Below are positions 39,013-49,212 of a stretch of DNA of 64,000 nucleotides, in pieces (the stretch's first letter is position 1; the number at the start of each line of letters is the position of its first letter). The position numbers and the translations under genes were made by a program. The notes beneath the pieces were generated by a model. The model did no database searches, was not told the DNA's origin, and saw nothing but the letters and a program-made list of their open reading frames with translations. The stretch comes from Mobula hypostoma (Eukaryota): assembly GCF_963921235.1 (NCBI RefSeq), contig NC_086097.1, positions 42,286,001 through 42,350,000 of the forward strand, read 5' to 3'.

Positions 39013-42000
39013 TTGTTTTCACTGAGTAACCACGAGAGTGAGGTGTTTAAACACTTTGCATTCATCGTTCATATCCTCGGCACCACTTGTCATTCACATC
39101 AAGGGCAAGCTCTTCCCACTGTGGGGTCTGGATGGTTTCCTGGGGGTTTAGTGGGGAGAGGGCGTATCTCCTTCTCTCTGTCCGTTGACCCCAATATCAT
39201 CAACCACTTTTAAAACCCTGGCTGACCAGTCTCACGCACTCTGCCTCCAAAAGGAACCCAAAATCTTTGGATGGTGTCCACAGGCCGGTTTAAGAGGCTG
39301 CCGGGTGAAGGTCAGCAACTACTTGCTGGTGGTAAAAACCTGAAGTGGTGGGGCAGCAGCCTGAGAGCGTATTGAAGCGGCAGGGCCCGGATACGAGAGT
39401 AACCAATGACCTGAGGTTTGGACGATTTAAGTGCCAGGCCAGAGTGAGAAAGGCCAAGGTGTCCAGGCCAGGGGCGAGGTATGGTCTGGTTCAATCACTG
39501 TTCTGTGAGCTTTACTTGACTCTGCAGTGAACCTCAGCTCGCCACTCCACAACGTCTACTTGGCTCTGCACTGAACTGTGGCTGTGGCCTGCAACCATCA
39601 AAGTGCAGACTCACTTTTGTGAACTTCAGTTCTGAATGCTATTTGCTTACTTTTATTGCTTGCGTGGATTTTGTTTTTTTTCTGTACATTGGGTCTTCTT
39701 TTTTTAATGGGTTCTATTTTTGGTTTCTTTGCTTTGTAGCTGTCTGTAAATAGAAATGAATCTCAAGGTTGTATAAAATATACATACTTTGAAAATAAAT
39801 GTACTTTGAACTTTGAACAACCAGTTGCAGGCAAAGTAGCTATGGCACTTAAAGAGGATCTGGGATGGTTCTGGCAATTACTGGCTGGCTTCAACTGGTG
39901 ATAGCCACTCAAAACTGACAATATACTCCAAGGCAATCACTAGAGTTGTTTCTGTTCTCTGGACATGAAATCATGGTAACAAGGTGAGATTACAAATACT
40001 GTACAAGTCCCACATTGGATCAATAAATACAAAATCATTGTATATTTATCCCAGAGCACATCTTCCAGCTTTACATTTTCATCTTCTATTTCAGTTGTAA
40101 CTTTTTGCTTTGGTACCTCCTCGGTTTCTAGTCGGATAGATTCCTTGAGTTCAGAGCTTCTCTCTGATCAATAGATTACATTGGTGGTTTTGTCTTTCAT
40201 GGGGAATCGTGGAGAAGCAGTACGGACACAGTGGCATAAGAGAAATTCTCCAAGGTAAGTGGAAGTCTTTTTGCTCGATAGGTAGAAATTTAGAATTTTC
40301 CATTGCCGACACCTGTTTGACCAGACTTGGGAGTTAAATACCGTTTAACAAATGCATAGCTCCTTTTTGAAAGCTTGGGTATTGAAGCCTAGTGCCTAGT
40401 GTTTGGTGATATTGTAGAACTTGTTTGGTGAGAAAGCAAGAAATCAGCACTACCTCTTCTTTCTCCACAAAATCTGCCCACTCATTTTGTTTAATAGATA
40501 CAGAGGAGTTCCAAACCCGGCATTCCTGATTTCCTAAAGCTGCTTCACAATAAAATCTTTGCTTAATAAACAATTTGCAATGATCATACTACCTTTGTAG
40601 ATAAGATGCTTCATTTTGTGACACCTTGAACTAACAGACTGATTTACAATGAATGACGTTCATTAATGTCTGTATGATTGTGTTATTGACCTTCTTCAAA
40701 AGCACAGGCTGATGGATGATGTAACAAACCGAGGTCTGGCTCCCTAAGTATGACTGCTAATGTAGTATACTGTATTGCTTCATTGCTTTCAGGAGGGCAT
40801 AGAAATAACCTCGGGGTTTCTAATTTTGGCGCAGTTAGCTCCTGCTTAGTACTCTAGCCTTAGATTTACTTTGCTCATAACCCTTCAACAGATGCTTAAC
40901 TGTATTAAAAGTGGACTAAGACAGGAAATGGCAAAGCAAACTACATTTTAAAAGGTGAGAGTCAGAGTAGTGTTGACGTTCAGACATCTGGGCGTTCTTG
41001 TATCAGGAAAACAAGTAGGTACAGCTGGAAGGATAAACAACATGTTTTATTTTTGAGTACAGGAATAAGGAAGTCTTATCATAATTGTGTTGGGTCTGGG
41101 TGAGATCACATTGGAGTACTATGTAGGGTTTGGGTCTCCTTACCTAAGCAAGGAGGCCATAAAGAGGGTTCATTGATTGCAAGTTTGCTGTATAAGGAAA
41201 GATTGAGCAGACCAGGATTGTATTCTGCAGAGTTTAGAAGAATGAGAGGAGATCTAATTGAAATTAACTAAATTCTAACTGGCTTGGGAGGTGAGATGCA
41301 GGAAGGATGTTTGTCCTAACTGAGGAGTCTAGGATAGGATAGAATAAGAGGCAGGCCAATTAAGAATGCATCATAAATTCTTTACTCAGAAGAATGAATC
41401 TTTGGAATTCTTCATCAAAATAGAGATTGATTGCTACCTGGGCATGAAGGAAATCGTGGGATCTGGAGATAGGTGCAGGAATATGATGGATGCTGGAACG
41501 GTCTTGAAGGGCTAAATAGCTTACTGTTCTTTTCGTTTTTGCAACTATTTGTTCAACAGAAAATGTAAAAGTCTTATGTAATAAACTACAGTGAAAACTT
41601 GTAGACCGGCAATGTAATTTTAGGCTTTGATAAGCGATTAGGTATTCAGGAAATAACTTTGTAAAATTAAGGCACCCATAAATATTAACAGTTTATCTTA
41701 TTTTTGTGAATTAGATTTTCTCAAGGTTTCCAATGTGAATCACTCTACAACTGAAATAAATTGAAATATTGTCAAATCCTTCTTACATCTACCAACACAG
41801 TTGCATGATCCGACACAGCCTGCTTTCTAGCACATTACCAAATAAGTTCCACAGACTCCGATTCAGTAATGGGAAAATGAAGATAAAGTAGCATTTACAT
41901 TTGTTATCTCAAAGAAGGCTGTTTCAATTTTACTGCCTTTCAAGGTTTAGCTACTGCATGGTCTTCAGTGCTGCTCCCGTACTTGCAGGATTCCTTTTAC

Positions 42001-42504
42001 CATTGGAGCTTACCTTTTGTTGGAATGCCATTGCTTCCTCTGAGATCTAAAGAGTTGTGGAAACTATGAAAATCAGCAGAAGTAAAGGAAACACATGCTG
42101 TGAAATTACTGCTTAATTCACTTCAGATTTTGAAATGTGAAAGGAAGACTGTGAAAGGATTTACATCCAGGAATTGCCATCGGAGAGACCATTCTAAGAC
42201 GGAAAATTTCCCTACATTGTATCAGAGGGGTAAATCTCCTGGTTGAAATATGGCATTCACATCTCTCTGCATTTGTTTCCTCAATTACAGTATCTACTTT
42301 GTGCTCACATTCAAAAGAAAAGAACAATAGTTGTATGTACTATATACTGTATAACACAATCATGTCCCTTTTAAGGTACCTAAGACTACTTCTTCAGAAC
42401 CAGTGAAGGGCATATTAAAGAGTAGCCCTTATGGAAAAGTAGGAAACATGACATGTTTTGTGGAAATCAAGCTCCCACAAATGGGAATACAATGACTTCC
42501 TTAT

Positions 42505-43291
42505 CGAGGGATCATAGGTAGTAGGTTCAAATTCCTTGGCGTTATCATTTCAGAGGAATTGTCCTCTGAAGTGCCATTATGAAGAAAACATGGCATTTAA
42601 ACTTCCTTAGAAGTTTGTGAAGATTCGGCATGTCATCTAAAACATTGACAGATTTCAATAGATATGTGATGGAGAGTATATTGACTGGCTGCATCACAGC
42701 CTGGTATGGGAACACCAATGCTCTTGATTGGAAAAGCCTACAAAAAAGGAATGGCTACAGTCCAGTCCATCATGGGTAAAACACTCCTCACCACTGAACA
42801 CATCTCACAGAGCGCTGTTGCAGGAAAGCAGCATCCATCATCAAGGACACCCGCCATCCAGGCCATGCTCCTTTCTTGCTGCTGCCATCAGGAAGAAGGT
42901 ATGGGAGCATCAGGACACACACTACCAGGTTGAGGAAGAGTTCATGCACCACCTGGTCCCCTCAGCCATCAGACTCTTGAATCAGAGGGGATAACTTCAC
43001 TCGCCCCATCACTGAACTGTTCCCACTAAACTGAACTCACTTTCAAGATCTCTTCAACTCATGTTCTTGATATTTATATGATAAATAAATAAATTTTTTC
43101 TTTCTTTTTGTATTTACATAGTTTGTTGTTTTTTTTGCACATTGGTTGATGTCCGCCCTGTTGGGTGTGATCTTTTATTGATTCTATTGTGTTTCTTGTA
43201 TTTACAGTGATTGCCTGCAAGAAAATGAATCTCAGGCATGTATATGGTGACATAAATGTATTTTGATAATAAATTCACTTTGTACTTTGAA
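42505..43291 (+). mobile_element. Rex1/Babar-type LINE 3' fragment
   Basis: FKFLGVIISE, FNRYVMESILTGCITAWYG, SIIKD; tail ataataaattcactttgtactttgaa. Confidence 0.8.
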
Positions 43292-44329
43292 TTAAGTATT
43301 CTGTTTTAGTAACATTAATGGAGGATGAACATCAGTCTGAAAGTAAGGGATAACTCACCACACTATCATGAAGTCTTTCATGGTCATTTCAAGACCATGA
43401 AGCCAATTTGGTAAAATATCTGAAAACTCAATTCCTCTGACAGTTTAACAATCTTTTGGTACTGGAGTGCTAGCACCAAGTTTTGGAACAAGCCTTTGGA
43501 GGGACACTTAAATCCACAATCCCCTAATTCAGAGCTAAGTTTATCATCAACTCATAGGCAACTGATAGCATTATATAAGAAGTCTGTAAAAAATTCTCTA
43601 TATCTATATAGATGAAAGCATTCTATTTGTTTTAATCTGAATGGTAATAGAAATACATTGGGAATAAGAAATGATCTATAACAGAATTGTGCTGTGTTTT
43701 TGCTTTGACCCAACTTTCACAATACAACAGAGCTCGACAATTCTGCTGATAAAACAAAGCATGCTTGTTGTATTCTTGGAATAAGCTTTTAAAATAAATC
43801 AGTCACCAGCAATTTGATGCACCGACTTTGAAGAAGAAAAGCTTTATTATCTACAGTTGTCAGGGAGAAGCAGCTTGTTTTTGCAAATCAGAAGCATATC
43901 TCCATTTGAAAATTACTGTATCATGTGGTTATTTACTAGTTTAGCATATCAATGGCCAACAGAGGCAATATAAGCATTTAAGGGTTTACAGTTTTTGTGC
44001 TGTTGAGCCTGAGATCTGCAGTCTCATACGTTGTGCTCCCGAAGTAAATAATGGGCTCCTCCAATCCCCCTACCATTTAAGTGAAAACAAAACCCTCTGT
44101 CTGCACAAGAGATCAACACTCAAGATAGCCATTTCTAAACGCTCTCCGTGGAGAACCAGTTGTGTGTCCATTATTCCGGCCAGTGCCCCACCTCAGTGCT
44201 TCTTGTGTTAATCACCTCAGACTTCATTTTCCTTGTTACTAGAAAATAAATTGGGGCTGGGGGTTGAATGAATGTGATTCTATGGTAGAGCAGAAGAAGT
44301 CAGGTGGAGAATGGATCTTTCTATAGGTA

Positions 44330-44400
44330 AGCACAAGAGATTCTGCAGAAGCTGATGCTGCCTGACCTGCTGAGTTCCTCCAGAGTTTTGTGTGTGCTAC
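44330..44400. mobile_element. 71-bp Penelope pLTR fold-back mini-insertion
   Basis: Inverted pLTR terminus joined to a sense pLTR piece; perfect 14-bp TSD tctttctataggta at 44316-44329 and 44401-44414. Confidence 0.85.
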
Positions 44401-44905
44401 TCTTTCTATAGGTACCAACTTAGTAAATTTATAAATGGCTTTATTACAGTCTCCGAGGTATAGCAAAAAACCAGTCTTGCGTACCATCCATACAGATCAA
44501 TTCATTACAACAGTACACAGAGGTAGCAAAGGGCAAAAAAAAACAGGGTGCAGAATAAACCATTACAGTATACAGTAATAATCCACAGTGCAGGTAAACA
44601 ATGAGGTGAATTGTAAGGTCGAGAGTCCATCTTGTCATGCCAGGGAGCCATTCAATAGTGCTATAACACAGGGGTAGAAAATAGAAGATATTCTTGAGCC
44701 TGCTAATAAGTGCTTTCAGTATTTTGTATCATCTGCTGGATGGGAAGAGGGAGAAGAGAGAATGTCTGGGGTGGGTGAGACCTTTCATTATGCTCCATGA
44801 CCTACTGAGGCAGTGAGATCTGTAGAAAGAGTTCATAGAGGAGCAACACACATCAAAGTTGCTGGTGAACGCAGCAGGCCAGGCAGCATCTCTAGGAAGA
44901 GGTAC

Positions 44906-44941
44906 AGTCGACGTTTCGGGCCGAGACCCTTCGTCAGGACT
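44906..44941 (-). ncRNA. Minimal type I hammerhead ribozyme, intact core
   Basis: Reverse complement AGTC CTGACGA A GGGT-CTCG-GCCC GAAAC GTC GACT: stem I AGTC/GACT, stem II 4 bp, palindromic ACGT stem III, GUC cleavage triplet. Confidence 0.85.
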
Positions 44942-46184
44942 AACTGAAGGAAGAGTTAGTAAGAGATTTGAAAGTGGGAGGGGGAGGGGGAGATCCAAAA
45001 TGATAGGAGAAGACAGGAGGGGGAGGGATGGAGCCAAGAGCTGGACAGGTGATTGGCAAAAGGGATATGAGAGGATCATGGGACAGGAAGCACAGGGAGA
45101 AGGAAAAGGGGTTGGGGGGGAAACCCAGAGGATGGGCAGGGGTTATAGTCAGAGGGACAGAGGGAGAAAAAGGAGAGAGAGAGAAAGAATGTGTGTATAT
45201 AAATAAATAACGGATGGGGTACGAGGGGGAGGTGGGGCATTAGCGGAAGTTAGAGAAGTCAATGTTCATGCCATCAGGTTGGAGGCTACCCAGACGGAAT
45301 ATAAGGCGTGTTCCCTCCAACCTGAGTGTGGCTTCATCTTTACAGTAGAGGAGGCCGTGCATAGACATATCAGAACGGGAATGGGATGTGGAATTAAAAT
45401 GTGTGGCCACTGGGAGATCCTGCTTTCTCTGGCAGACAGAGCGTAGGTGTTCAGCAAAATGATCTCCCAGTCTGCGTCGGGTCTCGCCAATATATAGAAG
45501 GCCACATTGGGAGCACCTCCTCCTGTCCTCCTTTTGTGAAGAAAGGGGCTTCCCTTCCTCCACCATCAACTCTGCTCTCAAACGCATCTCCCCCATTTCA
45601 CGCACATCTGCTCTCACTCCATCCTCCCGCCACCCCACTAGGAATAGGGCTCCCCTGGTCCTCACCTACCATCCCACCAGCCTCCGGGTCCAACATATTA
45701 TTCTCCGTAACTTCCGCCACCTCCAACAGGATCCCACCACTAAACACGTCTTTCCCTCCCCCCCCCACTTTCCGTAGGGATCGCTCCCTACGCGACTCCC
45801 TGTCCTTGTCCATTCGTCCCCCCCATCCCTCCTGGCACTTATCCTTGTAAGCGGAACAAGTGCTACACATGCCCTTACACTTCCTCCCTTACCACCATTC
45901 AGGGTCCCAGACAGTCCTTCCAGGTGAGGCGACACTTCACCTGTGAGTCGGCTGGGGTGATGTACTGCGTCCGGTGCTCCCAATGCGACCTTCGATGTGG
46001 CCCCTCTCCCCCTTTTCCTTCTCCCTGGGCCTCCTGTCCCATGATCCTCTCATATCCCTTTTGCCAATCACCTGTCCAGCTCTTGGCTCCATCCCTCCCC
46101 CTCCTGTCTTCTCCTATCATTTTGGATCTCCCCCTCCCCCTCCCATTCCCACTTTCAAATCTCTTACTAGCTCTTCCTTCAGTT

Positions 46185-46220
46185 AGTCCTGACGAAGGGT
46201 CTCAGCCCGAAACGTTGACT
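46185..46220 (+). ncRNA. Minimal hammerhead, intact core with GUU triplet
   Basis: AGTC CTGACGA AGGGTCTCAGCCC GAAAC GTT GACT. Confidence 0.75.
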
Positions 46221-47942
46221 GTACCTCTTCCTAGAGATGCTGCCTGGCCTGCTGCATTCACCAGCAACTTTGATGTGTGTTGCTTGAGTTTCCAGCATCT
46301 GCAGAATTCCTCGCGTCGTCATAGAGGAGCAGCTGGTTTCCATGATGTGCTGTGTCCACAACTTTCTCCAGTTTCTTACAGTTGTGGGCAGAGCAGTTGC
46401 CATACAAAGCCATGGCACATCAGGACAGGATGCCTTCTATGGTGCATCAATAAAAATTAGTGACCGTCAAAGGGGACATACCAAATTTCTTTAGCCTCCT
46501 GAGTAAGTAGAAGTGTTGGTGAGCTTCCTTACCGTCAATATGGTTGGAACAGAATAGGCAATTAGTGATGATCACTCCTAGAGACTTGAAATTCTCAACC
46601 CTTTTGACCTCAGTACCGATGATGCAAACAGGAGCACGTGCATTGCCCCCTTCCTGACTCCAGTGACCAGCTCTTTTATTTTGCTGATATTGAGGGAAAC
46701 ATTTGGTATGTCCCCTTTGACCCTCACCAATTTTTATTGATCTACCATAGAAAGCATCCTGTCCTGATGCATAACACCCTGTTACTAGCCTCTCTATCTC
46801 CTCCCTGTTCTCTGACTCATTGGTATTTGGGATAGAGTTTCATCTGCAAACTTGTTGATGGAACTGGAGCAGAATCTGCTCACACAGTTATGTATGTGTG
46901 TGCAGGGCGTAGAATAGGGCCCAGAGGACACGGCCTCGTGGGGCACAAATTTTGAGAGAATAACCATGACAGAGGTGTAGCTACCTATCCTTACTGCTTG
47001 TGGTCTGTTGATCAGGAGGTCAAAGATATAGTTGCAAATGGAGGTGTTGAGTCCCAGTTTTAGGAGTTTGGAGATGATTTCACTTGGAATTATAGAAATA
47101 AAGGCAGTGCTGTAGTCAATAAACAATAGTCTAATGTACAGTGCTTATAAAATGTATTCACAGCCCCCCCCCTTCATGTTTTAGTGTTTTACAACATTGA
47201 ATCACAGTGGATTTAATTTGGCTTTTTTGACACTGATCAACAGAAAAGACTCTGACATGTCCAAGTAAAAACAGATCTCTACTAAGTGATCTAAATTAAT
47301 TAAAAATATAAAACACAAGATTACTGATTGCGTAAGTACTCACCCCCTTCAAGTCAGTGTTTAGTAGGTGTACCCTTGGCAGCAGTTACAGTCTTGAGCC
47401 TGTATGGGTAGGTCTCTATCAGCTTTGCACATCTGGACGCTGCAAATTTTCCCCATTCTCTTTTATAAAACTGCTAAAGCTCTGTCAGATTGCATGGAAA
47501 TCGTGAATGAACAGCCCTTTTCAGGTCGAGCCACAAATACTTAATTGGATTGAGGTATGGACTCTGATTTGGCCAATCCAGGACATTAACTTTGTTGTTT
47601 TTAAGCCATTGCTGTGTAGCTTTGGCTTAAAGCTTAGGGTCATTGGCTTACTGGAAAACAAATCTTCTCCCAAATCACAGTTCTCTTGCAGACTGTTTCA
47701 GGTTTTTCTCCAGGATTTCCCTGTATTTTGCTGCATTCATTTTACCCTCTACTTTCACAAGCCTTCCAGGGCCTGCTGCAGTGAAGCATCCCCACTGCAT
47801 GATGCAGCCACCACCATGCTTCACGGTAGGGATTTTAAAAATGTAAACACCAGGAATTCTGCAGATGCTAGAAATTCAAGCAACACACATCAAAGTTGCT
47901 GGTGAACACAGCAGGCCAGGCAGCATCTCTAGGAAGAGGTAC

Positions 47943-47978
47943 AGTCGACGTTTCGGGCTGAGACCCTTCGTCAGGACT
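47943..47978 (-). ncRNA. Minimal type I hammerhead ribozyme, intact core
   Basis: Reverse complement AGTC CTGACGA AGGGTCTCAGCCC GAAAC GTC GACT. Confidence 0.85.
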
Positions 47979-49176
47979 GGAAACAGCTTATCTACTGATG
48001 TCTACTATAAGCCTACTGACTCTCACAGCTATCTGGACTATTCCTCTTCTCACCCTGTCTCTTGCAAAAATGCCATTCCCTTCTCGCAATTCCTCCGTCT
48101 CCACCGCATCTGCTCTCAGGATGAGGCTTTTCATTCCAGGACGAAGGAGGTGTCCTCTTTTTTTAAAGAAAGGGGCTTCCCTTCCTCCACCATCAACTCT
48201 GCTCTCAAATGCATCTCCCCCATTTCACGCACATATGCTGTCACTCCATCCTCCCGCCACCCCACTAGGAATAGGGTTCCTCTGGTCCTCACCTACCCCC
48301 CCCACCAGCCTCCGGATCCAACATATTATTCTCTGTAACTTCCGACACCTCCAACGGGATCCCACCACTAAGCACATCTTTCCCTCCACACCCCCCGCTT
48401 TCCGCAGGGATCGCTCCCTATGCGACTTCCTTGTCCATATGTCCCCCCCATCCCTCCCCACTGATCTCCCTCCTGGCTCTTATCCTTGTAAGCGGAACAA
48501 GTGCTACACATGCCCTTACACTTCCTCCCTCACCACCATTCAGGGCCCCAGACAGTCCTTCCAGATGAGGCGACACTTCACCTGTGAGTCAGCTGGTGTG
48601 ATATACTGCGTCTGGTGCTCCTGATGTGGCCTTCTATATATTGACGAGACCCGACGCAGACTGGGAGATCGTTTTGCTGAACAGCTATGCTCTGTCCGCC
48701 AGAGAAAGCAGGATCTCCCAGTGGTCACACATTTTAATTCCAAATCCCATTCCGATATGTCTATCCACGGCCTCCTCTACTGTAAAGATGAAGCCACACT
48801 CAGGTTGGAGGAACAACACCTTATATTCTGTCTGAGTAGCCTCCAACCTGATGGCATGAACATTGACTTCTCTAACTTCCACTAATGCCCCACCTCCCCC
48901 TCGTACCCCATCCGTTATTTATTTATATACACACATTCTTTCTCTCTCTCTCCTTTTTCTCCCTCTGACTATACTCCTTGCCCATCCTCTGGGTTTTTCT
49001 CCCCTCCCCCCTTTCCTTCTCCCTGGGCCTCCTGTCCCATGATCCTCTCATATCCCTTTTGCCAATCACCTGTCCAGCTCTTGGCTCCATCCCTCCCCCT
49101 CCTGTCTTCTCTTATCATTTTGGATCTCCCCTTCCCTCTCCCACTTTCAAATCTCTTACTAGTTGTTCCTTCAGTT

Positions 49177-49212
49177 AGTCCTGACAAAGGGTCTCGGCCC
49201 GAAATGTCGACT
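49177..49212 (+). ncRNA. Inactivated hammerhead copy
   Basis: CTGACAA (core G8>A) and GAAAT; both are CpG-type transitions. Confidence 0.65.

Larger units (their letters stand above)
44846..46318. mobile_element. Penelope-like element with inverted arms (minus arm ~44846-45516; plus arm ~45520-46318)
   Basis: Minus arm CGLLYIGETRRRLGDHFAEH...DGMNIDFSNFR plus pLTR; plus arm KERGFPSS..., CKRNKCYTCPY, HFTCES plus pLTR; 13-bp TSD tcatagaggagca at 44833-44845 and 46319-46331. Confidence 0.93.
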
